A stretch of DNA of 64,000 nucleotides from Synechococcales cyanobacterium VAR_4_metabat_354 (GTDB lineage Bacteria > Cyanobacteriota > Cyanobacteriia > Cyanobacteriales > Chamaesiphonaceae), in the NCBI GenBank assembly GCA_031414775.1, contig JANOQI010000041.1:96001-160000 (forward strand), in the 5' to 3' direction. Below the pieces are notes generated by a model, which ran no database searches, had not been told where the DNA came from, and was given only the letters and a program-made list of their open reading frames with translations. This document shows positions 30,597 through 40,561 of the stretch, one piece after another. Made by a program: the position numbers and the translations under genes. The first letter of the stretch is position 1. The number at the start of each line of letters is the position of its first letter.

Positions 30597-31193
30597 ATGC
30601 TTGGTAAGTTTCTCCATAAACCTAAACCCGAAGAAAGTAAGCGCGTGCCGCCTGGTCAATATTTGACCAATGGCTTCCCGATTATGACCTATGGCCAAAC
30701 TCCAGACGTTACCCGCAAAGAGTGGAAACTTAAAGTCTGGGGACTAGTTTCTCAACCGCTTACCTTTACCTGGGAAGATGTGATGAAACTGCCGCAGCAT
30801 GAATTTACTGTAGATTTTCACTGCGTAACCCGCTGGTCGAAGCTGGACGTGACCTGGAAGGGTTTTAAGATCGTGGATGTGATGAAGCTGGTGGGTGATC
30901 TAGATCCCGCCGCTGTTCATGTAATGGAGCATTGCTATGGTGGCTACACTACCAATTTGCCTTTGGCCGATTTTCTGCGGGATGAAAACTTTTTTGCCTA
31001 CGAGCTAAATGGTGAGCCACTGCCGAAAGAGCATGGTGGCCCGATGCGCACGATGGTGCCGCACTTGTATGCCTGGAAAAGCGCCAAGTGGATTAGTGGC
31101 ATTGAGCTTATCGATCGAGAGCAATCGGGATTTTGGGAAAAGAATGGTTACCATAAACGGGGCGAACCCTGGACAGAGGAGCGCTACAGTTAA
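30597..31193 (+). CDS. Sulfite oxidase-like molybdopterin oxidoreductase (YuiH-like, no signal peptide)
   Basis: VPPGQ, DFHCVTRWS, EHGGPMR, YAWKSAKW, GFWEKNGYH; start taken at ATG 30597. Confidence 0.9.
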   Translation: MLGKFLHKPKPEESKRVPPGQYLTNGFPIMTYGQTPDVTRKEWKLKVWGLVSQPLTFTWEDVMKLPQHEFTVDFHCVTRWSKLDVTWKGFKIVDVMKLVGDLDPAAVHVMEHCYGGYTTNLPLADFLRDENFFAYELNGEPLPKEHGGPMRTMVPHLYAWKSAKWISGIELIDREQSGFWEKNGYHKRGEPWTEERYS

Positions 31194-31453
31194 TGTTTAG
31201 AGTAGTTACCAAGGGTTTTGACGAATCATTCGACAGGTGGACGGATGCTTTAGCCGCTGGAAGTAAGCTGCGCCCCCAATGTCGTAGCTTTTTGCAAGAT
31301 ATTCGGATTTCGGAGCAAGGTAGTGTGGTGTGGGTCTATAGTCGTTCCCACGCCCATCCCATGTATTTTGGCGCTGGCACCTACGATCGATTGGCCAGAT
31401 TGTTCTTACTAGAGAATGCCTCAGAAATTGAATTAGAAGCAGAGGAATCCTAG
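31193..31453 (+). CDS. Small hypothetical protein
   Basis: 86-aa ORF translationally coupled (TAATG) to the upstream gene. Confidence 0.7.
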   Translation: MFRVVTKGFDESFDRWTDALAAGSKLRPQCRSFLQDIRISEQGSVVWVYSRSHAHPMYFGAGTYDRLARLFLLENASEIELEAEES

Positions 31454-31498
31454 CCTGACAAAAAAGCAAAATGCTGGTTTTCTCAATACGAGCGGCAC

Positions 31499-31533
31499 CA
31501 CCCCAACCCTAATCGTAATAGAGGGTTGGGGTG
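31499..31533. terminator. Hairpin between convergent genes
   Basis: CACCCCAACCCT-N11-AGGGTTGGGGTG. Confidence 0.7.
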
Positions 31534-31543
31534 ATGGTATATC

Positions 31544-33022
31544 TTAGCTCAACACCCAGTTCACCAACGTCCTCACCGGATGGCCAGTAGCACCAGCGTT
31601 ATTTACCCCGTTTTCCTTATCACTCCATACTGGACCTGCTACATCTAGATGTGCCCAAGGCACTTCTTTAATAAATTGCTTCAGAAATAAAGCCGCCGTA
31701 ATGGAGCCACCACCACGCGGACCAGTATTTTTTAGATCAGCGATTGGTGACTTAATGCCCTCAAAGTATTTGTCGTCTAGGGGCATTTGCCAGAATTTTT
31801 CCCCGGCGGCCGCCGCTGCGGCCAAAATACCATCTGCTAACTCTTGTTGAGGACTCCACAACCCAGAAATATCATCGCCCAAGGCAATAATACAAGCGCC
31901 AGTGAGGGTCGCTAGATCAACGATCGCATCCACACCCAGTTTTTCAGCATAAACTAAGGCATCAGCCAGCGTTAGCCGCCCTTCCGCGTCGGTGTTATTA
32001 ATTTCGATTGTCTTGCCATTGGAAGCCGTCACAATATCGCCTGGATGGATGGCTTTGCCGCTGATCATATTTTCAGCTACGGCACTAATGAAATGCACTT
32101 CCACATCTGGTTGCAGCTGACCAATTACTGCAGCGGCTCCAAAAGTGGCAGCGGCACCACCCATATCCATTTTCATGGTTTCGATGCCAGCCCCCTTAAT
32201 ATTTAAACCACCGGAATCAAACGTTACACCTTTACCGACGATTGCCAATTTCTTCCGGGTAGTTCCGGCTGGCTTATAAATAAGATGAATAAACTTAGGC
32301 GGGATATCAGAAGCCTGGGAAACACACAAGAAAGCACCCATTCCCAGTTTTTCGCAATCGGCTTTTTCTAAGATCTTTAGCTCCATCCCATATTTTTTGG
32401 CGATGGTTTGGGCAGTTTCAGCCATGCTAGTGGGAGTGACGTAGTTAGCCGGAGCTGCTACTAGTTCCCGCGCCAGAATTACACCGGCAGCCACAGCTTG
32501 TGCTTTGGATATGGCAGCCTCTTGGCCAGCTAATTCCAGCAGTTGAACCTCGGTCAGTTTTCTGGGAGTGCTGGCTTTATCATCAGATTTCTCGGATTTG
32601 AAGCGTTTGTCTTCGTGCAAGGCTAATAATAATCCTTCGCTGACTGTTTGAGCTACCAGATCGGCGGCAACCGAACTATCTGGCAAACTAATGCCCAGGG
32701 TTTCACACTTTTCTTTCTGGGCGACGCGAGCGATCGCGGCAGCAGCACGTCGATATTGATCGGTGCTGGGTGCGGTGTTTTTGCCCAAGCCCACTAAGAT
32801 TAGTTTTTTGATGCTGGCTCCATTGCTCACTCGGGTCACGACGGTGCTAGCGGCTGCTCCTTTAAATTCGGCTTCATCAATAATTTCTTGGATGATGCCT
32901 TGCAACTGGGTGTTGAGGGTGAGGAGATCCCCAGTAATATTGACGTTATCTTCCCAAAAGCCGATCGCCAAACCATCACCATGCCATTCTAAAAGTGAGG
33001 TTGCAGTAGTCTTAATATCCAT
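31544..33022 (-). CDS. pepA: Leucyl aminopeptidase (M17)
   Basis: [40 protein letters not shown]. Confidence 0.96.
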   Translation of the reverse strand: MDIKTTATSLLEWHGDGLAIGFWEDNVNITGDLLTLNTQLQGIIQEIIDEAEFKGAAASTVVTRVSNGASIKKLILVGLGKNTAPSTDQYRRAAAAIARVAQKEKCETLGISLPDSSVAADLVAQTVSEGLLLALHEDKRFKSEKSDDKASTPRKLTEVQLLELAGQEAAISKAQAVAAGVILARELVAAPANYVTPTSMAETAQTIAKKYGMELKILEKADCEKLGMGAFLCVSQASDIPPKFIHLIYKPAGTTRKKLAIVGKGVTFDSGGLNIKGAGIETMKMDMGGAAATFGAAAVIGQLQPDVEVHFISAVAENMISGKAIHPGDIVTASNGKTIEINNTDAEGRLTLADALVYAEKLGVDAIVDLATLTGACIIALGDDISGLWSPQQELADGILAAAAAAGEKFWQMPLDDKYFEGIKSPIADLKNTGPRGGGSITAALFLKQFIKEVPWAHLDVAGPVWSDKENGVNNAGATGHPVRTLVNWVLS

Positions 33023-33096
33023 TAACTATTTCTCTACGTAACGTTCTTAGGGACATTATGGAGGGTTTTTGAGGATTTTAACCACCGCAATGGAAT

Positions 33097-34359
33097 CTAG
33101 TAATCACTTTTGCGTTTAGAAAATAGCCGGAAATACATCGATCGACATCCCTCCGCCACTGGCAAAAAGATATATGTTAGCGGATTAATAGTGACAATAA
33201 TGTTGCGGACATCCCGCTGCGCTAGTGCCACAATTGCCCCAGCCACCCAATCCGCCGACATCACGCCGATCGGATTCAAATTGCTCTTAAATGGTCCTAA
33301 AACCAACTTACGAATCACACAGGGTGCATCTAAGCGGCGCAGCGTAATTAGCTCACCCAAGGTGCGCTTTGATAATTCATACAAGGGGCTAAACGCTGGA
33401 TTCACTTCTGCTTCGGAAGTATTGATCCACAACTCCTTCAGCGCTTTGTGCCGTGATTCTGTCACTGTATCTAGAAACAGATTCATCAACCGCCAAGCCG
33501 AAAAAGTATTAACCTCAAAGGATCGCTCTACGGCAGCTGGATCGCGATCGCTATTTACGTTCAAGCCGTGATTAATAATTAGAATATCTACTTTTTGCAA
33601 TCGATCGCGTAATTCTTGCTCCGCGCCCAAATACCACTGCAATACTTCAATATTGGTACCCAAATCCTCAAACTGTGCCTGGGGCGAGGTGGTTAGCGCA
33701 ATTACCCGCGCCCCCTTACTAGCTAACTTGGCAATGAGCGATCGACCTAAAGTGCCCGAAGCCCCAGTCACTGCTACCGATTTACCTTTCAGCGATAGAC
33801 TGGTACCCATGATTTTATCGACCAGCGTAAAGGTTCCGCAATAGTAGGCATTAGCATAGTCAAAATGATGCCGCCAATGATAAGTACGATTTACCATCCA
33901 CTGGGCAGGTAAAGTAACCAAATCACCGGGTTTGTGAGTTAAATCGGTCTTTAATAACCAGCCCTGCGATCTGGCCACACTGGTCGTTAAAAAACTCGCT
34001 GAGTATAAGCAACCCAGCCACAAGGTCAATCCCTGACTAGTGTATTGTCCCCAAGCCGCGACTAATGCTGTGACTGTCACCATTGCCAATGCTTCTGGCA
34101 CATCATTGTGCTTTTGCGCTTGCCGATATAAATCTAAACTGACAATGCTGAGGTCGGGACGGTAAGCTTTGTGGTGTAGGGCGTGCCCAGCCTGTAAAGG
34201 TGCCCAATAGTGACCGGCCAGATGATACAAGTCACGCACTACTTCTGCCACCAGCACCGCTGCTACTGCTAATCCCAATTGCCACGCTAGGGGCGAACTG
34301 ATCGCATAGATATTCCCAAATATTCCAGATAAATCAGACAATTCCATATTTTCGGTCAA
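33097..34359 (-). CDS. Bifunctional sterol desaturase-like / short-chain dehydrogenase
   Basis: His boxes HLAGH, HALHH, HWRHH; SDR TGASGTLG and YELSK. Confidence 0.88.
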   Translation of the reverse strand: MTENMELSDLSGIFGNIYAISSPLAWQLGLAVAAVLVAEVVRDLYHLAGHYWAPLQAGHALHHKAYRPDLSIVSLDLYRQAQKHNDVPEALAMVTVTALVAAWGQYTSQGLTLWLGCLYSASFLTTSVARSQGWLLKTDLTHKPGDLVTLPAQWMVNRTYHWRHHFDYANAYYCGTFTLVDKIMGTSLSLKGKSVAVTGASGTLGRSLIAKLASKGARVIALTTSPQAQFEDLGTNIEVLQWYLGAEQELRDRLQKVDILIINHGLNVNSDRDPAAVERSFEVNTFSAWRLMNLFLDTVTESRHKALKELWINTSEAEVNPAFSPLYELSKRTLGELITLRRLDAPCVIRKLVLGPFKSNLNPIGVMSADWVAGAIVALAQRDVRNIIVTINPLTYIFLPVAEGCRSMYFRLFSKRKSDY

Positions 34360-34385
34360 GAATCATTAACTCCTCGCTGTCTATC

Positions 34386-35852
34386 TTAGCCATTTTGGGT
34401 AGCAGGCATAAATATTTCCTTTGTCCAGGTACCATGCAGACCGTAGGGTAAGTGATGCGTTAGGTGCAACTTGGCCACGACACTCAGATCGATCGCATCC
34501 AAAATCACCACATCTGTTTCATGCCGATTGCCTTCATACACCAACGTAATTAACCAGCCATCATCTTCCACTTGCGATTGGGGCTTGGCAATAAATACTG
34601 GTTCGCTGACAAAGCCAGTCGGTGCTGCCATCCAAGTCTGGCGCTCTTTGGTCGATAAATCGATCTTGGTGATGCCCTGAAGCGGCGCATTGCCAGTATC
34701 GGAATTGGCCACTCCCATAAATAGATAGCGATAATCTTGACCCACTCGATCGGGATTCACCGTTGGAAACTCACAACAGCGTGGTTCGATTAGCTCTCGC
34801 TCCACGGTGCCAGATTCAAAATCTAGCTGAAAGCGCCACAGTTGACCAGGATCGAGGGTATTGAAATCCATCTCACGGAAATCTTTATTGGGTTCTACTT
34901 CTGGAAAAGAGGCGTAACAGATGGAGTCGATCGATAGCCCTTGGTTGGTTTCGTAAGCATTGGCATGATGGAAAACAAAGCCCGCTTTAGTTTCCAAAAT
35001 TCTGACTTGTTCGCCAGTAGTTCGATCGCGCGGTATCACAATAATCTTAGTGGGCTGGTCGGCATTAAACTTCACACATTCGCCAGCTCCTTTTTGACCT
35101 AGTAAGAATGGCAGTGGATTGAAGCCCACCGGATTTTGGAAAAAGATGCAGTAGTTGGGTGTAATTGCAAAATCATGGATAAAGGCAAATCCCGGTACGA
35201 CGTGATCGTATTGTTTTTCAACTTGGCCAGATCGATCGAACTCATAGATTGTAATAGTGGTAGACAATCCAGTCTTTAGACCAAAATTCACCATTTTGCC
35301 AGCGGGGTCAATCCGGGGATGCGCCGCAAAAGCCCCCCCCGGCGGTAGCAAACCATCCAAATTATCGAGTCCGATCGTTTCCAAATTCTCGGGGTTTAAG
35401 CGATGGGGTTCAGCTGCTTCCCACAACGCCAACAGCTTACCGCCCCAATAAATAACCTGAGTGTTAGCAATATTCTTGAGCTTGACATCAAAAATATTGG
35501 CCAACCAGCCCCCGGCCTTGGCTGTCCCAAATACCCCCCGATACAAGAACTTATTCGCTTCTTGCTCGGCTACATAGCCCGCTGTGCGCACATAGCGGTT
35601 CTGAAAATAAGCTTGACCATCTTGGAAAGCGATCGAACAAATCATGCCGTCCCCATCAAAAGGATGCCGTACCGATATGCCATTAATATCCAACATGGCT
35701 GGAATATTCCGAAACAGCGTACCGGCTAAATTTTGGGGGATTTCGCCAGTGATGTGATCGATCGGATAGCTATATTCATTTTTTTGGGATTGATAGCCGC
35801 CGCTCCAAGTAGATTGATCGTATGCTGGGGTGGTTTTTTCGAGATTTAGCAT
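34386..35852 (-). CDS. Carotenoid/apocarotenoid cleavage oxygenase (RPE65 family)
   Basis: HPFDGDGM, NIANT, four Fe-ligand His (AAHP, FIHDF, FHHANA, YGLHG), EFP, SEPVF. Confidence 0.93.
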   Translation of the reverse strand: MLNLEKTTPAYDQSTWSGGYQSQKNEYSYPIDHITGEIPQNLAGTLFRNIPAMLDINGISVRHPFDGDGMICSIAFQDGQAYFQNRYVRTAGYVAEQEANKFLYRGVFGTAKAGGWLANIFDVKLKNIANTQVIYWGGKLLALWEAAEPHRLNPENLETIGLDNLDGLLPPGGAFAAHPRIDPAGKMVNFGLKTGLSTTITIYEFDRSGQVEKQYDHVVPGFAFIHDFAITPNYCIFFQNPVGFNPLPFLLGQKGAGECVKFNADQPTKIIVIPRDRTTGEQVRILETKAGFVFHHANAYETNQGLSIDSICYASFPEVEPNKDFREMDFNTLDPGQLWRFQLDFESGTVERELIEPRCCEFPTVNPDRVGQDYRYLFMGVANSDTGNAPLQGITKIDLSTKERQTWMAAPTGFVSEPVFIAKPQSQVEDDGWLITLVYEGNRHETDVVILDAIDLSVVAKLHLTHHLPYGLHGTWTKEIFMPATQNG

Positions 35853-37327
35853 GAGGTATTTTTAGAGTCAGTGTCTAGTTGAACTAATTCGGGCAGGATA
35901 GTGGGAAAAGATTGGCAACCAGTCAATGAGGATGATTGGTGCTCCAGCACACTAGCTGGGGGAATAGCCGGCATGGTGGCTTGGGGATCACTGTCTGGTA
36001 GCCACTTGAGAAATATCAGTGGTAGCATCCCGCCCAAATTTGTGATGGTCACCAGTAACCATAATTGGTCGAAGTTGTTTTCGGTAATACCCAAAAAGTG
36101 GGTGAGCAGGGCACCACCTTCTTGAGAGACTAAACCAGCCAGATTAAACACCGACATCAGAATGGCAAATAGGGTGGCCTCAATGCCGGGGGGACATAGT
36201 CGCGCTGCCAATACCAAAACCGGCATAAAGGTAATCTGCCCCATCACCGTCAGAATCAGACTATCACCCAGACTAAACCAGTGATCATCAATGCCCAACG
36301 TGCGATTGGTATGGGTAACTAACAGCAAAGTGGTTAGACCAAACAGCGAAGAAATTACTGTAGCCCAACCAAAAATGGTGCGGAAGGGTACTGCTTTGAG
36401 GTAGCGATGAAAAATCCACGCCCCGATCAAGGCCGCTAAACTGCTCACCAACCGAATCCGGCCTAAGAATTCGGGGGTAAAGCCCAATTCATTAGTAGCA
36501 AAATAAAAGAAAGAGGAATCACCAGTGGGGGTACATTGCCACAGAAACAAAAACAACAATGGCAGCCAGATCGATTTTTGTTTGAGCGCTTGCCAGACCT
36601 GACTAACTTGTTGCTGGGCGGCCAAGCCAGTCGATGCTTTGCCCACTATCGGTTGTTCATCGATCAAGAAAGCCACCCCTGATACCAACAGCGGAAATAT
36701 TGCGGTCACAGCGAAAACAGTTTGGGGGCTAAAGTTACTCAACAAGAGGCCACTGGCATAGGCGGTTAACAAACCACCCAGAGCCGCAGCGGCCCAGCAC
36801 AAAGACTGCAACGAACCGGAATTGCTGATGGATTCGTTGCGGGCGCGCTCCACGATTAGTGAATCGACCAAGACATCACTAAAAGCTACGGAAAGCGAAG
36901 TCGTAGCGATCGCGCAGGTAGCTGCCAGTGGCGTATGGACAACCGTAGCCAAGCTGATCCAAGCCGCCGATCCCAGCAGCCCTGACAAAATCAGGTACGA
37001 TCGACGGCGATAGCCGAAAATTGGTAAGCCATCTGACACAAAACCGAAAATTGGTTTAATTACCCAAGGTAAGGCGGCTACTCCCATCAGGGCGGCAACT
37101 TCTGCTGGAGCTAGCCCCAGCTGGTCTTTCAAAAAAAAACTAACAGCTAGTTTGGCCAGACCCAAAATCCCCTGCACGGCATAAACCATCAAGATGGCTA
37201 ACAGTTCTGGGGTTGGCTCCTGTCCAAACAGCAGCTTGCTCCATCCAGAAGGTGGCAAGCTGGATGACTTAACCAGTCTCAAATTTCCAGGGGTATTCTC
37301 TGCGGGATTGGAGGCCGAACTGGGCAT
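35846..37327 (-). CDS. Folate/biopterin (FBT/BT1) MFS transporter
   Basis: PWVIKPIFGFVSDGLPIFGYRRRSY, CPPGIEATLFAILMS; start uncertain (37327 or upstream). Confidence 0.9.
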   Translation of the reverse strand: MPSSASNPAENTPGNLRLVKSSSLPPSGWSKLLFGQEPTPELLAILMVYAVQGILGLAKLAVSFFLKDQLGLAPAEVAALMGVAALPWVIKPIFGFVSDGLPIFGYRRRSYLILSGLLGSAAWISLATVVHTPLAATCAIATTSLSVAFSDVLVDSLIVERARNESISNSGSLQSLCWAAAALGGLLTAYASGLLLSNFSPQTVFAVTAIFPLLVSGVAFLIDEQPIVGKASTGLAAQQQVSQVWQALKQKSIWLPLLFLFLWQCTPTGDSSFFYFATNELGFTPEFLGRIRLVSSLAALIGAWIFHRYLKAVPFRTIFGWATVISSLFGLTTLLLVTHTNRTLGIDDHWFSLGDSLILTVMGQITFMPVLVLAARLCPPGIEATLFAILMSVFNLAGLVSQEGGALLTHFLGITENNFDQLWLLVTITNLGGMLPLIFLKWLPDSDPQATMPAIPPASVLEHQSSSLTGCQSFPTILPELVQLDTDSKNTSC

Positions 37328-37676
37328 TGTGAATATATGTTTCGATTTGTCTACTATTGTGGCATCATTCTCCCGATAAAAGTGGTACGTCGGCAACTTT
37401 CTCGACTTCTACTTCCAGAACATTTACCAAGGCTAAATTACAACCACTATCACAGTAGCTCTCTCTCTATTGACACCGATTGTGAACCAATAACTCATCC
37501 ACTGGAGAGAAAGAGATTTATAGACCGAGCTGGTAAGTTTCTGAAGAGGCCAGTGATAATTCGGCGGTGTCTCTAAAATAGTTGGGAACTGCTGGGCAGC
37601 GGATAGCGGATGAGTTGCCAGCGAACCGAAATAAAGGCTAAATCTCAAGTTTTTGATTTGGAGAGAACCTAACCTA

Positions 37677-38063
37677 ATGCGAAAACAGCGTTCACAGCAA
37701 GGCTTGTTTGATAGACTCGCCCATAAAACCTCTGAAGCCGTCGGCTCTCCGCTCGCTTCCATCTCGGCAATGGCTGTAATTATTATTTGGGTAATCACCG
37801 GGCCAATGTTCCAGTTTTCTGACACTTGGCAGCTGGTGATCAACACTGGCACAACAATCGTGACGTTTTTAATGGTTTTCTTAATCCAAAACTCCCAAAA
37901 CCGCGATGCTAAGGCGGTTCAGATCAAACTTGATGAATTGATTCGATCGATCGATTCAGCCCGGAATGAAATTATTGATGTGGAAGACTCCTCCCAGGAA
38001 GAACTTGAAAAACTACAGGAAGATTTTTCTGAATTAGGCAGTAATTTTAAGAAAAAAAGCTAG
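37677..38063 (+). CDS. Low-affinity iron permease (Fet4-like) small membrane protein
   Basis: FSDTWQLVINTGTTIVTFLMVFLIQNSQNRD..IKLDELI. Confidence 0.9.
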   Translation: MRKQRSQQGLFDRLAHKTSEAVGSPLASISAMAVIIIWVITGPMFQFSDTWQLVINTGTTIVTFLMVFLIQNSQNRDAKAVQIKLDELIRSIDSARNEIIDVEDSSQEELEKLQEDFSELGSNFKKKS

Positions 38064-38148
38064 GTTGTAAACCACCGTCATCATATCGCTAGCCAGGTCT
38101 TAACTTCTCATTTATCACCCTGCGGCTCCAGTATTGACCGCTATTCTT

Positions 38149-40560
38149 ATGCAGAAACTTATTCAAGCCGTTTTAAACAGCGACGATAAAGAAGCTTTAT
38201 CCCAGCTAATTGATACCTTGAGCACCTCTGGTAGTCACTACTTTCTGCGCAATGAAATACTACAAGCATTCGCTGATTATTGTCACCGTTCACCACAGTC
38301 TGGTCACGCGTATCACAGCTCTTCCTTGAGCCGCTTGATGCACTATACCCATGAAATGATTTTGGCGGAGGACAGTATTTGGTTGGTGCTACGTCCCTGG
38401 ATCGCCAGTCAGCAGGTGTGGCGGCTCACCCCCGACCTGACTAGCAGTTCAGAAATGACGCTGCCGGAACTCCTCGACGTGCGTGATCGCCAGGTTAATC
38501 GCTATCAGCGCCACATTCTCAACATCGATTTTCAACCTTTTAATCAAGGGTCTCCACTAATTGACGACCCTAGAAATATTGGCCAGGGTTTAGCATTTCT
38601 TAATAACTATCTGTGTAACAAGCTACTGACCGAATTTCACTACTGGATAGAGGCTCTGTTTAATGCCTTGCATGTGCTCACAGAGGAGGGGGTGCAGCTA
38701 CTGATTAACGATCGCATTCAATCCGGTGTCGAGCTGGCCCAACAGGTTAAACAGGTTCTCAGGTTTTTAGGCAATTATGCTGCGAATTACCCCTACGAAA
38801 AAGTCCATCTCGATTTGCAAACCCTTGGCTTTGAACCAGGTTGGGGCAATACGGTGGGGCGGGCGCGGGAAACCTTAGAACTACTAAATCGTCTGATCGA
38901 AGATCCCGAACCGGCTATTTTGGCAACTTTTGTGGCGCGCGTGCCAGCTGTTTTTCGGGTGGTGCTAGTTTCGATCCATGGTTGGATGGGTCAAGAAAGC
39001 GTATTGGGACGACCAGAAACCCGCAGTCAGGTTGTCTATGTGTTGGAACAAGCGCGGAGTTTGGAAAAGCAACTCCGCGCCGACATTCAGCAGTCTGGTC
39101 TGGATTTGCTAGGCATTCAACCGCAAGTGGTTATTTTGACCCGCTTGATTCCGAACTGTGGCGAAACTCAATGCGAGCTGCCCTGGGAAAAGGTGGATGA
39201 CACTGACTATACCTGGATTCTGCGGGTACCTTTCCAGGAGTTTAACCCGGCCATCACTCAGAACTGGATTTCTCGGTTTGAGATTTGGCCCTACCTCGAA
39301 AGTTTTGCGGTGGATGCCGAACGGGAGCTGCTAGCCAGACTGGGCGGCAGACCAAACCTAATTATCGGCAACTATAGTGACGGCAACCTAGTGGCTTCTC
39401 TACTAGCACATCGTCTCCAGGCCATCCAGTGCAACATTGCTCATTCGCTAGAAAAGCCGAAATATCTGTTTAGTAACCTTTACTGGCAAGACTTAGAAAA
39501 GCAGTATCATTTTTCAGCCCAATTTACTGCTGATCTAATTAGTATGAATGCTGCTGACTTTATCATTACATCGTCCTATCAAGAAATTATGGGGACATCA
39601 GAGATAATTGGTCAGTACGAATCTTATAAGTGCTTTACGATGCCCAATTTGTACCATGTCATTGATGGCATTGACTTGTTTAGCCCCAAGTTCAACCGGG
39701 TGCCCCCCGGTGTGGATGAGCAAATATTCTTTGCTGACAGTCAGATTAAGCATCCAGATGCAGAAGAGTTTGCCCGCCTTCAATCCTTGATATTTGAGCA
39801 GGAAGACGAGCATATTTCCGGTCATTTAGATCGGCCTGAAAAATGTCCGATCCTGGCCGTTGCGCCGATTGATGCCATCAAAAACCTGACTGGACTGGTG
39901 GAATGTTTTGGTCGCAGCCCAGAATTGCAGGCGCGCTGTAACCTGATTTTACTCACTAATGCTCTGGAAGTAGCGGATGCCGTCAACACCAACGAAGCTA
40001 ACGAGATTACTAAGCTACACACCCTGATTGACCAGTACGGTCTTCAAGGGCACATCCGTTGGTTGGGGGTGCGACTGCCTGCTCATGATCTCGGTGCTGT
40101 CTATCGATCGATCGCTGCTCGCCAGGGAATTTTTGTCCACTTTGCCCTATTTGAAGCCTTTGGCCGCACGATCCTAGAAGCGATGGCTTCGGGGCTACCC
40201 ACCTTTGCCACTCAATTTGGTGGTGCTTTAGAAATTATCCAAGATGGTATCAATGGTTTTCATATCAATCCCACTGATTTCAACAGTACAGCGGAGAAAA
40301 TCCTGAATTTTCTGCATCAATGTGAAATCCAACCCGAATACTGGCATACGATTTCCGATCGAGCCATTCAACATATTCAAGAGCAATACAATTGGTCAGC
40401 TCACGCCCAACAAGTCCTGTTGCTCACTAAGGTTTACAGCTTTTGGAACTACATTGATGTCGATGGACGTGACGCACTGCAAAGTTACTTGGAAGCCCTC
40501 TTCTATCTTCTCTATAAACCCCGCGCAGAGCAAATTCTAGCAGAACATCTGCAACTGTAA
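38149..40560 (+). CDS. Divergent sucrose synthase-family glycosyltransferase (SusB-like)
   Basis: GFEPGWG, TRLIP, WISRFEIWPYLE, IGNYSDGNLVA, HFSAQFTAD, EAFGRTILEAM. Confidence 0.9.
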   Translation: MQKLIQAVLNSDDKEALSQLIDTLSTSGSHYFLRNEILQAFADYCHRSPQSGHAYHSSSLSRLMHYTHEMILAEDSIWLVLRPWIASQQVWRLTPDLTSSSEMTLPELLDVRDRQVNRYQRHILNIDFQPFNQGSPLIDDPRNIGQGLAFLNNYLCNKLLTEFHYWIEALFNALHVLTEEGVQLLINDRIQSGVELAQQVKQVLRFLGNYAANYPYEKVHLDLQTLGFEPGWGNTVGRARETLELLNRLIEDPEPAILATFVARVPAVFRVVLVSIHGWMGQESVLGRPETRSQVVYVLEQARSLEKQLRADIQQSGLDLLGIQPQVVILTRLIPNCGETQCELPWEKVDDTDYTWILRVPFQEFNPAITQNWISRFEIWPYLESFAVDAERELLARLGGRPNLIIGNYSDGNLVASLLAHRLQAIQCNIAHSLEKPKYLFSNLYWQDLEKQYHFSAQFTADLISMNAADFIITSSYQEIMGTSEIIGQYESYKCFTMPNLYHVIDGIDLFSPKFNRVPPGVDEQIFFADSQIKHPDAEEFARLQSLIFEQEDEHISGHLDRPEKCPILAVAPIDAIKNLTGLVECFGRSPELQARCNLILLTNALEVADAVNTNEANEITKLHTLIDQYGLQGHIRWLGVRLPAHDLGAVYRSIAARQGIFVHFALFEAFGRTILEAMASGLPTFATQFGGALEIIQDGINGFHINPTDFNSTAEKILNFLHQCEIQPEYWHTISDRAIQHIQEQYNWSAHAQQVLLLTKVYSFWNYIDVDGRDALQSYLEALFYLLYKPRAEQILAEHLQL

Positions 40561-40561
40561 A

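Noticed and set aside
37433..37852. 139-aa minus-strand ORF
   Set aside because: Antisense to the well-supported Fet4-like gene; no motifs
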